DNA of 32,000 nt, taken from Candidatus Lokiarchaeum ossiferum (GTDB lineage: Archaea; Asgardarchaeota; Lokiarchaeia; Sigyniarchaeales; Promethearchaeaceae). The stretch's first letter is position 1. Each line of letters starts with the position of its first letter. The notes beneath the pieces are model-generated. The model saw only the letters and a program-made list of their open reading frames with translations, searched no databases and was not told the DNA's origin. A program made the translations under genes and the position numbers. The stretch is from positions 3,390,001-3,422,000 of the forward strand of contig CP104013.1 of the NCBI GenBank assembly GCA_025839675.1. The letters are read 5' to 3'. Shown here in pieces: positions 1-7,816 of this stretch.

Positions 1-321
1 ATTTATTTCTCATTCTTTAGAAAATCTACTCTACCTTTGATCCAACTTTTAATGTGAACCTAGAAATAACTCATTTTAGTTCTTTGGAAAAATTTTTCAT
101 ATAATTGAAACAACATAATCTGGCTAAAAACCCAAAAAATCAAAAAATCATTTTCTTCCTTGAGTTTTAGATTCTTGGATATATTCTCTAGAAAAAACAT
201 AACATTTTTCTGATAATATTCTAAAAAAACTTGAAAAAGGTTATTCGAGAACAAATGCTTTTTAATCTAAAAGACATTTCATAGATTTAAACCTTAACTA
301 ATCTTTATAGTTATATCACAA

Positions 322-327
322 AGGTGA
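322..327 (+). promoter_or_regulatory. Shine-Dalgarno (AGGTGA) for the formimidoyltransferase gene
   Basis: Complementary to the conserved 16S 3' end (..UCACCUCC..), with a 10-nt spacer to ATG 338. Confidence 0.6.
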
Positions 328-337
328 AAATAAAATC

Positions 338-1234
338 ATGGCATTAGTAGAATTGGTACCAAATTTCTCTGAAGGGAGAAGACAAGATGTTATAGATAAA
401 ATACTTGCAGCTATGAAAGAAGCAAGTACAGCCAAAATAATTGATTCGCGAGCAGATCCAGATCATAATCGATTAGTTGTCACAATTGTTGGAGAACCTG
501 AAGAAACGTTTAAAGCGGGGTTTGCAGGAATTAAAACAGCCGCAGAATTAATAGACATGGATGAACATCAAGGTGAACATCCTCGGGTAGGTGCTACCGA
601 TGTAGTTCCTTTTGTTCCTGTTACAGGAATTACTATTGAAGAATGTACGGAATTAGCAAAACGCTTAGCCAAAAAAGTTTCTGATGAATTAGGGATTCCT
701 ACTTATTTATATGAAGCAGCTGCAACTCGGCCGGATAGAGAAAATCTTGCAAATATACGTAAAGGGCAGTATGAAGGATTAAAAGAAGCAATTAAAACTG
801 ATCCTGATCGAAAACCCGATTTTGGACCTAGCGAATTACCCAAAGCAGGAGCAACTGTTATTGGTGCTCGAGAATTCTTAATTGCTTATAATATTTATTT
901 AAATACCGATGATGTTGAAATTGCAAAAACAATTGGCAGAAATATTCGGCATAAAAATGGAGGTTTTGCATACTGTAAATCCATGGGATTCGCAACAAAG
1001 CCATATGTTCAAGTATCGATGAATTTAACCAATTATAAAGAAACTCCTATGGCGATGGTAGTAGAGACTGTACGAAATGAAGCACGACGATATGGTGTTG
1101 CAATTACAGAAACAGAAGTCTATGGGATGATTCCCGTTGATGCGCTCTTAGATGCTGCAGAATATTATTTACAGCTCAATGGAAAGTGGAATCGTTCTCA
1201 AATCATAGAAAAGAAATTAACGGAAATGGAATAA
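338..1234 (+). CDS. ftcD: Glutamate formimidoyltransferase (homologue of the FTCD transferase domain)
   Basis: 298-aa ORF. The N-terminus 'VELVPNFSEGRR' is the hallmark opening of formiminotransferases, and 'HPRVGATDVVPFVP' is also present. An AGGTGA Shine-Dalgarno at 322-327 lies 10 nt before the ATG. Confidence 0.9.
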   Translation: MALVELVPNFSEGRRQDVIDKILAAMKEASTAKIIDSRADPDHNRLVVTIVGEPEETFKAGFAGIKTAAELIDMDEHQGEHPRVGATDVVPFVPVTGITIEECTELAKRLAKKVSDELGIPTYLYEAAATRPDRENLANIRKGQYEGLKEAIKTDPDRKPDFGPSELPKAGATVIGAREFLIAYNIYLNTDDVEIAKTIGRNIRHKNGGFAYCKSMGFATKPYVQVSMNLTNYKETPMAMVVETVRNEARRYGVAITETEVYGMIPVDALLDAAEYYLQLNGKWNRSQIIEKKLTEME

Positions 1235-1235
1235 G

Positions 1236-1868
1236 GTGAATAGTTTGTTAAAAGATTTGACAGTAGAAGGATTTATTCAAGAACTCGCATCTGATAGTGC
1301 TGCACCTGGAGGAGGTTCTGCAGCTTGTTTGGCGGGGGCTTTGGGTGCCGGATTGGGGGCGATGGTTTCCCGTTTAACAATAGGAAAAAAAGGGTATGAA
1401 GCATTAGAACCTTTTTTTAAAGAGAAAATTGTTGAACTTGACGAACTCCATAAAGAATTAACTGACTTGATTGATAAGGATGCAAACGCGTTTAATGGTG
1501 TAATGGCTGCTTTTAAGTTACCCAAAAATACTGATGAAGAGAAAGCGGCTCGATCAGCGAAAATTCAAGAAGAGTACAAAGTTGCTGCTTTAGTTCCTAT
1601 GACGACAGTCCGTGCGTGTAAAAAAGTGTTAGATATTTTACTCGAAATTGGAACCAAGGGAAATAAAAATGCCCTCTCTGATGTAGCCGTAGGTGCATTA
1701 AATGCTTTAACTGGATTGAAAGGAGCTGCGCTTAATGTAGAAATTAATCTTCCTTCAATTAAAGATGAAGCATTTAAATCAGAAATGACGCGAGAATTAG
1801 CTGAAATTATGTCCAATTTGGATTATAAGATTTCTAATCTTGTGATAGAAATTCGTGATCTCTTTTAA
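1236..1868 (+). CDS. Formiminotetrahydrofolate cyclodeaminase (FTCD C-terminal domain / FchA-like)
   Basis: 210-aa ORF carrying 'SDSAAPGGGSAACLAGALGAGLGAMV', the glycine-rich signature of the cyclodeaminase family. The GTG start lies 1 nt after the upstream TAA, which suggests translational coupling. Confidence 0.85.
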   Translation: MNSLLKDLTVEGFIQELASDSAAPGGGSAACLAGALGAGLGAMVSRLTIGKKGYEALEPFFKEKIVELDELHKELTDLIDKDANAFNGVMAAFKLPKNTDEEKAARSAKIQEEYKVAALVPMTTVRACKKVLDILLEIGTKGNKNALSDVAVGALNALTGLKGAALNVEINLPSIKDEAFKSEMTRELAEIMSNLDYKISNLVIEIRDLF

Positions 1869-1891
1869 TAAAAAAAAGTTCTGATCCGTCT

Positions 1892-1900
1892 TTTTTTTTA
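1892..1900 (+). terminator. Oligo-T tract (T9), candidate archaeal intrinsic terminator
   Basis: A run of 9 T lies 24 nt downstream of the cyclodeaminase stop. Archaeal RNA polymerase terminates at oligo-T tracts. Confidence 0.4.
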
Positions 1901-1977
1901 TCTTACTTATGAACCCTATTCGTAAAGGAATTAAAGGATGTTGAATTTGGTTTAGCTATAGTTATCTGTAATTTGTT

Positions 1978-2196
1978 GTGATTAAAATGAGCAAAAAATT
2001 CGAAAATTTCGATTCCTTTTCCGAAATTCGGTTACCAAAATCACTACAAAACGTCCCTCGGTGTGATTTTTGTGAAAAGCCTCTTCCAAAACGTCATGTT
2101 GTTCATGTAAACCAATGTCAAGATACTGCAACTCACAAATTTTGTGGAAAAGTTTGCAAAGAAAATTGGTGTCATGCTCAACGTAATGCAAAATGA
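1978..2196 (+). CDS. Small TRASH/FCS-like zinc-binding protein
   Basis: 72-aa ORF (GTG 1978; ATG 1987 is an alternative start). The cysteine pattern CDFC-x23-C-GKV-C with 'KFCGKVCKENW' matches the TRASH layout C-x2-C-x(19-23)-C-x3-C. Confidence 0.5.
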   Translation: MIKMSKKFENFDSFSEIRLPKSLQNVPRCDFCEKPLPKRHVVHVNQCQDTATHKFCGKVCKENWCHAQRNAK

Positions 2197-2217
2197 TTTT
2201 TTTCGACAAAAAATCTC

Positions 2218-4038
2218 TTATTTGGAACAAACTTCTTTTATGGAGGGTTGTATTTTTAACAGTCGGTCAATTATTTCAGGAAAATTTTCATTCCATTCAG
2301 AAAATGTTTTCGGTTGAATTGATTTAATGCTTATTGCTCGTTTTTTGCCAATTCCGTCAATACTCTCCAGTTCTTTTTGTGAGAGTTCGATTAGATTGAC
2401 TGGAGATTGTAAACATGTAATTGATCGCTGTCCGTGATTTACGATTAGTAAATTATAATACTGCTTTAAGGGAAGTTTAGTGTGGACAAAACATATTATC
2501 GGATAAGTTCCTGGTTGTCGCAGTAAAGTTGCATTTCCTTCATGTTTTTCAGCATAGCAATTACTTAATTCACGCCCAATTGGGTATATTTTTTTTAACA
2601 TTGGATTATCTATTTGTTCTCGGATTAACTCTTTCCAATGGTAGTATTTTGAAGCAAATTTAGTGAGATGTTTGGAAATTTTCCTTGCATTTTTTTGAGG
2701 AATTGAAGTTGGAACCATAAATTTTCGGAGATTAATGCGTCGAAGCAATAAATTTTGTTCTATAACCGAAGATAGAAATTCAAAGCATTCATCTAGTGAA
2801 GTTTTCGTTTCACCTGGGAGGCCCATAATAAAGTTTAATCCTGGAAGAAATTTTGGAGATCCATTTTCACCAATATCGCTCCCATAGAGATTGATTATTT
2901 TAATTGTTTCTAAAATTTCGGGAGCTGTTGCTTTTAAATTATTTTTTATAATAACATCATTATCAACAGATTCCACCCCAATGGCTGCAATATTTCCAGC
3001 GGTACAATACTTTACTATTGCTTTGGTTATCTGAGTTGCTTCGTCAGGATAAAGAACAAAATTAAGGGCATTTACATTGTCAATATGCAATGTTTTTAAG
3101 TCTGGACATGCATTCCGGATGGAAGAGAGTAAAAATTCAATCACCTCGGGATTGGGTCGCGGATATTTAGGATGATCAAATGCTTTATGTTGAAATGCAT
3201 AAAAATCAGTTTGGCTTCCTAGGCGAAAATGTCTTACACCTTGAGAATATAAGGCTACTATTTCCGCAATTACTGAATCAGGCGATCTATGCAATGTTTT
3301 TCCTTTAAGGGGTTCAATGCAAAATGCACATCCTCCAGAATGATATCGCGGGCAACCTCTAAAGGTTTCAATTTCACATATTAGATTACCACCATTTCCT
3401 TCACTGTAATTGGGATGGGAAGGAATTAGTTTAGCTCCTTCTATTGCAAAATCTCTTATTTCTTCCATTGATTTTCGTTCAAAACGAGAAATTTCCTCAA
3501 TATTTTCGGGTAATTGAAACGTAGATAGAAATTCTCCTGATAGAAGTTTATTTAATACAATTTCTGGATCACCATAAATTATTAAATTGAAAATTTCCTT
3601 CAATTTTTCGGCAGAGATAGAGGTTTTTCCTCCTTCCTCTCCAATACCGTATTTTGTGGCAGGACCGCATAGAATTGTAAAGGAATTTGTTAGTAAATGA
3701 CCATATCTTCGCAGTTCTGAAAACCGAATAGGCTGACTTGTCAAATACTTACCTGGAACAGAAACACCCGTGATGAAAATGGTTATATCATATATTCCAG
3801 ATATGAAATTTTGTATGGATTCACCTTGGTTTGTTTCAAAACGCTCTTGTTGCGTTTTTTTTTCTTGGGATTTACGGAATTGATCTATGGTGACATAATT
3901 AATTTGTGAGTTAACTGGTAGATTTTTTTTAACAGATCCAAAAATGTAACGAGCTAATGGGCTTAAATAAGGTGGGACGCCTAAGCATCCAGGTGTATCG
4001 ATATATCCATCAATTATCAGTAATTTCATCTCATTCAC
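2218..4038 (-). CDS. Radical SAM protein with C-terminal helix-hairpin-helix (COG1031-like)
   Basis: 606-aa ORF. It has an N-terminal flavodoxin/B12-like fold start ('MKLLIIDGYIDTPG'), the cluster motif 'RGCPRYHSGGCAFC', a TIM-barrel-like core, and a C-terminal 'LESIDGIGKKRAISI' HhH motif. The start is GTG 4038 or ATG 4029. Confidence 0.7.
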   Translation of the reverse strand: MNEMKLLIIDGYIDTPGCLGVPPYLSPLARYIFGSVKKNLPVNSQINYVTIDQFRKSQEKKTQQERFETNQGESIQNFISGIYDITIFITGVSVPGKYLTSQPIRFSELRRYGHLLTNSFTILCGPATKYGIGEEGGKTSISAEKLKEIFNLIIYGDPEIVLNKLLSGEFLSTFQLPENIEEISRFERKSMEEIRDFAIEGAKLIPSHPNYSEGNGGNLICEIETFRGCPRYHSGGCAFCIEPLKGKTLHRSPDSVIAEIVALYSQGVRHFRLGSQTDFYAFQHKAFDHPKYPRPNPEVIEFLLSSIRNACPDLKTLHIDNVNALNFVLYPDEATQITKAIVKYCTAGNIAAIGVESVDNDVIIKNNLKATAPEILETIKIINLYGSDIGENGSPKFLPGLNFIMGLPGETKTSLDECFEFLSSVIEQNLLLRRINLRKFMVPTSIPQKNARKISKHLTKFASKYYHWKELIREQIDNPMLKKIYPIGRELSNCYAEKHEGNATLLRQPGTYPIICFVHTKLPLKQYYNLLIVNHGQRSITCLQSPVNLIELSQKELESIDGIGKKRAISIKSIQPKTFSEWNENFPEIIDRLLKIQPSIKEVCSK

Positions 4039-4719
4039 TCGTTAGTTATAACATTTCAGATGGCTATTGTTTGATAGTTATTTTTAGTCTGTATGTCGAG
4101 AGATTAATATTTTGCCCTTATTGCGTTGATTTTATATTTATATAAAAATGGGAAATATCGTGATGTTATTTCTTAAATATTTTATTCCCAAAATTCGGAA
4201 ATCAATCGATTTTTGTCGACAGACGTTTCAAGAATTTTAATAAACCAACATAGCTAGGACGCATAAATGAGACTTCTTTAATAATAGATTAATATGATTA
4301 GTACGATCGCCGTTTCAAAATTAGAAATTCAAAATTCCTCAATCCAAGATTTAATTCATTTTCAATTCTTGTTTCATTCCAAAACTCTCAACAAAGCGGA
4401 AATCATTATAACTTATCAATTACCTCGAATAACAAATTCTCTGCTCAATCAACTTCCCCATATTGTACGTACTAAGCGTATTTTGGATGAGATCAATGTT
4501 TGTTCATATTTACATAAAACTGTTGAAGAAGAAATCGGTCATAGCCGCTTTTATTCCATATTTAGGGATCATTATAGATTTGAAATAGATTAAAAATAAT
4601 TTTAGGATTAAAGGGGGTAATTTTTGATGTTTTTTCAACCATAAATTTAATCTTACCTTTATCTTAATCACAAGATGTTTTGCCAACATTTTATTTGTTT
4701 TGGATTCATTAAGTAAAAC

Positions 4720-5832
4720 ATGAAGAATAGAGTGAAGCGTGCAATTATTGTAGGTATTGGAGGACATGCCCATGCTTGGAAAAAAGCGTTAGCTATCCAT
4801 GAAGATTGGTGCTTAGCGGCTATCGTGGACACAAACACTGATAAATTAGAAAATGCTCCCAGTACTTGGGGTGTGCCAGAAACACATGCCTATACAACTA
4901 TGGAAGAAGCAATTCACTTTAGTGAAGAACCATATGATCTTGCAATTATCGAAACTCCGACCTTTTCTCATCATGTTTTGGCCATGGAAGCCATAGATCT
5001 AGGGTTGAATGTTATTTGTGAAAAAAACATGGCATGTAGCGTAGATCAAGGGCGTCAAATGGTGAAAGCAGCTCATGCACACCCAGAATTATGCACGGCG
5101 ATAGGCACTCAAACTCGATATTTCGCTCAGAATTGGACTTTAAAGAAGTATCTTTTGGAAAATAAAGACAAACTTGAAGAAATAACTTCCCTGAATTTAA
5201 CCTATTTATATAATTGGGGAAAAACTCGTCAAGGTTGGCGACGATGGCTGAAAGATCTATTTTTAGAAGATATGGCCCCCCATCATTTAGATTTGATCCG
5301 ATATTTAACTGATATGGATGTTGTGCAAGTCAAGGCTGTTAATTTCAAACCCTCGTTTTCCTATTTTAAAGGTTCATCTACCACTTACGCCATTCTTGCT
5401 TTAGCTAAGCCTGAAAACTATGATAATCCTGATAACTGGATTTATGCCACCTATCGTGGTGATTGGCAAAAAAAAGGAGAACTATATCACCGTGTAGATA
5501 TGAATTGCGTGGGTGGCGAAATCAACCTATTGGAGAAAGCGGGTAAAAAAACTGTATCTGCTACTCTCTTTGAGGACCCTGAAGGATTCAAGTATCAAAC
5601 AACAGAAGTGCAAAATACAAACGATGTGGAATTCAATATAAAGGGATACACTTCGGAATTATATTTATTAGAAGAAATGTCAAAAGGGATAAATTCGAAG
5701 GGGAAAACTCAACCTAGCACAAATTTTAAAGATGCATTCAAATCCTTTGCTATAACACAAGGAATAATTGAGAGTTATGAGACAAATAAGGCGGTTTTTC
5801 TCCCAAAGTATTGGAAAAATTTACCAATATAG
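4720..5832 (+). CDS. Gfo/Idh/MocA-family NAD(P)-dependent oxidoreductase
   Basis: 370-aa ORF. It has an N-terminal Rossmann start ('RAIIVGIGGHAHAW'), an 'EKNMA' motif (EKP-type) after the third beta-alpha unit, and an alpha/beta C-terminal domain. A TATA-like 'TTTTATTTG' lies about 30 nt upstream of the ATG, and I saw no Shine-Dalgarno, so the mRNA may be leaderless. Confidence 0.75.
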   Translation: MKNRVKRAIIVGIGGHAHAWKKALAIHEDWCLAAIVDTNTDKLENAPSTWGVPETHAYTTMEEAIHFSEEPYDLAIIETPTFSHHVLAMEAIDLGLNVICEKNMACSVDQGRQMVKAAHAHPELCTAIGTQTRYFAQNWTLKKYLLENKDKLEEITSLNLTYLYNWGKTRQGWRRWLKDLFLEDMAPHHLDLIRYLTDMDVVQVKAVNFKPSFSYFKGSSTTYAILALAKPENYDNPDNWIYATYRGDWQKKGELYHRVDMNCVGGEINLLEKAGKKTVSATLFEDPEGFKYQTTEVQNTNDVEFNIKGYTSELYLLEEMSKGINSKGKTQPSTNFKDAFKSFAITQGIIESYETNKAVFLPKYWKNLPI

Positions 5833-5895
5833 TTCTGATTAAAAATTATTTAGAAATTAGGTGATAATTAAAAAAAACCCTGATAAATTGCCCCA

Positions 5896-6774
5896 TTAGT
5901 TATCTTTCTTTGAATCGTTGATTCCTAATTGGGTAACCATTTGTTTTTTCAAAGTTTGAATATCTCTGGATAAGCCAAAAGTATCAGCAAATTGATCTGT
6001 CGTAATAATTTCATGAGAACGACCTTTTTTATAGGTTTCAATAAACCCTCGATCGAGGAGAAACTTAACGTGATCATAAGCTCCCGAACCTCGAATTTTT
6101 ACAAGAGTTGACTTTAAAATCGGTTGTTTCAATGCAATGATTGTCAATGTTTTTAAATGCTTATCGGGGATCAATCCTCCGCTTGCAAATTTCTTCACAT
6201 TGGGAGTGTATTCGGGCTTGATTTGTAGGCTATATTTATCTTGGATTTGAACAATTTCCAATGCTGTAGAACGCATTAAATAGTCCATCGCTAATTCATT
6301 AAGAATTTCTTCCAATTCTCGTTTTTTTATCTCAGTTTTGATATTCAATTCTTCGACTGAAATGGGTCTTCCTGCAACAAACAATGCACCTTCAACAATA
6401 TTTTTTTTCTTGGATTGTTCATCCTCAGCATCGGACTTCAATTCATCGGATGAAATTGGTGATTCTTGTTCACTTTCCTCTTCTGATTCTCCTACTTCAT
6501 CCAAATCTTCTATTAAATCTTCTGATTCTCCTTCTTCAGCAGGAATATCACTTTCTGGCTCATTTATTTCTTGATCGTTTGATTTGATTCCATCTTCTTC
6601 AATTTCTTCTTCTTGATCTGAAGGTTCGCTAGGCTCATCGTCTGAATCTGATAGTTCATTTGTGTCTTCTTCATGAATTGCATCATCCAATTCATTATCC
6701 AAATCTTCCAAATCTGCCATGATTTCTGCTTCAATATCATCATTTTCTTCGTTCTTTTCTTCTTTTTCCGACAT
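5896..6774 (-). CDS. scpB: Segregation and condensation protein B (ScpB) with a roughly 125-aa acidic N-terminal extension
   Basis: 'VEGALFVAGRPISVEEL' and 'LKTLTIIALKQPILKSTLVKIRGSGAYDHVKFLLDRGFI' match the two ScpB winged-helix domains. The ORF track starts at TTG 6783. A GAGGT Shine-Dalgarno (6784-6788) abuts that TTG but lies 9 nt from ATG 6774, so ATG 6774 is preferred. Confidence 0.8.
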   Translation of the reverse strand: MSEKEEKNEENDDIEAEIMADLEDLDNELDDAIHEEDTNELSDSDDEPSEPSDQEEEIEEDGIKSNDQEINEPESDIPAEEGESEDLIEDLDEVGESEEESEQESPISSDELKSDAEDEQSKKKNIVEGALFVAGRPISVEELNIKTEIKKRELEEILNELAMDYLMRSTALEIVQIQDKYSLQIKPEYTPNVKKFASGGLIPDKHLKTLTIIALKQPILKSTLVKIRGSGAYDHVKFLLDRGFIETYKKGRSHEIITTDQFADTFGLSRDIQTLKKQMVTQLGINDSKKDN

Positions 6775-6783
6775 ATTAATCAA

Positions 6784-6788
6784 ACCTC
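6784..6788 (-). promoter_or_regulatory. Shine-Dalgarno (GAGGT) for scpB
   Basis: The minus strand reads TAAAAATGAGGTTTGATTAATATG. The site lies between the scpA stop and the scpB ATG. Confidence 0.55.
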
Positions 6789-6792
6789 ATTT

Positions 6793-7803
6793 TTAAAAAC
6801 TAATTCCTGTTTTATCGGTTAATAAAATATCTATATCACTTCGCATCGTTTCTTGATGTAATTTTACTTTGTTTAATGACGCTAAAAATAACATCTCTTC
6901 AAATCGCTGAATATATGCGACTTTTTTCTCAAAAATTGTTTGTTCAGTGTTTTTATAGATGAGTTCCTTGAAATACTTCATTGGGATTATTTCATCTTTA
7001 AAATCTTCTAATTGGATTATCTCTTTCACACGAATATGAGTTTTTTTTAACCGATCTTCGATAGTTTCAGATTTTCCAGTAATATGTTTTAATATTTCGG
7101 CTGGAAGTTTCCCTTTTCCGCGTTTTTTTACTTTTACTTGCTTCTTTGCTTCCTTTGTTTCTCTCCGGATTCTCAATTTTTCGCGTTTTTGCATCGTTTC
7201 AATAATTGCTCTCCGCATTGCTCCAAATAGTTCATCTGACGTCGCAATTTTTCGACTTTCACGAATTGGTTGTGATATTGCTTTGGGTACTTCCCTTCTC
7301 ATCCGTTCCCGAACAATTTCTTTCTGAATTTTTTCTTCTTCATGGATTACTCCAGTAATCTTTTGATGATAAAATTTCGCAGAAGAGTAGATTGCTAACC
7401 CAGAAATTCGAAAATCAATGAGATCTTCCTGCAACATTCTATCAGTAAAATCCTCAATCAGTTTGCTCAAATCAAATTGGGAAAATTCTACATTCTTAGC
7501 AAGATCAGGATCCAATAAGCTACGCCATGGTTCGCTTAACCACCATTTTCCAGATTTAATTAAAGCATCTTCATCTTCTGCACTGATTTCTTCTTCTTCA
7601 ATCTCTTCTCCAATAGTTATGACTTCTACCTCTTTAATTTCAGGTTCAACTTTTACTTTTGAGGTTTTCTTCCTTTTCTTAACTGGTTTTGATGATTCTT
7701 TCGAGGCTGATTTTTTGGGGGATTTCCCCCCTATCTTCAGTGTTGTTTTTTTTTTTGTAGTTTTCCGAGAGGTTTTTTTCGTTGTCTTCTTTTTTGCGAC
7801 CAT
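6793..7803 (-). CDS. scpA: Kleisin ScpA with a roughly 50-aa lysine-rich N-terminal tail
   Basis: 336-aa ORF. 'DLIDFRISGLAIYSSAKFYHQK' matches the archaeal ScpA '..DLRISG.ALLAAS.LLR.K' segment, and a C-terminal winged-helix-like end is present. It sits between smc and scpB with 11-nt and 9-nt gaps. Confidence 0.8.
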   Translation of the reverse strand: MVAKKKTTKKTSRKTTKKKTTLKIGGKSPKKSASKESSKPVKKRKKTSKVKVEPEIKEVEVITIGEEIEEEEISAEDEDALIKSGKWWLSEPWRSLLDPDLAKNVEFSQFDLSKLIEDFTDRMLQEDLIDFRISGLAIYSSAKFYHQKITGVIHEEEKIQKEIVRERMRREVPKAISQPIRESRKIATSDELFGAMRRAIIETMQKREKLRIRRETKEAKKQVKVKKRGKGKLPAEILKHITGKSETIEDRLKKTHIRVKEIIQLEDFKDEIIPMKYFKELIYKNTEQTIFEKKVAYIQRFEEMLFLASLNKVKLHQETMRSDIDILLTDKTGISF

Positions 7804-7808
7804 TTTAT

Positions 7809-7816
7809 CTCCTCCT
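7809..7816 (-). promoter_or_regulatory. Strong Shine-Dalgarno (AGGAGGAG) for scpA, overlapping the smc stop codon
   Basis: The minus strand reads TAGGAGGAGATAAAATG, with a 5-nt spacer to the scpA ATG at 7803. Confidence 0.7.

Noticed and set aside
60-254. A 64-aa minus-strand ORF in the first 337 bp.
   Set aside because: It has an F/L/N/K-rich composition typical of translated AT-rich spacer and no Shine-Dalgarno or TATA in place. The region is more likely the promoter/5' region of the formimidoyltransferase gene.
1277-1816. Two minus-strand ORFs (82 and 83 aa) inside the cyclodeaminase gene.
   Set aside because: The plus-strand frame carries the diagnostic cyclodeaminase glycine-rich motif. 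The antisense products have no features.
4294-4773. ORFs 4294-4593 (+, 99 aa) and 4510-4773 (-, 87 aa) in the long intergenic region.
   Set aside because: They have no ribosome-binding or promoter signals and no motifs, they overlap each other, and the second overlaps the oxidoreductase start. The region is kept as an unexplained gap under findings rather than as genes.
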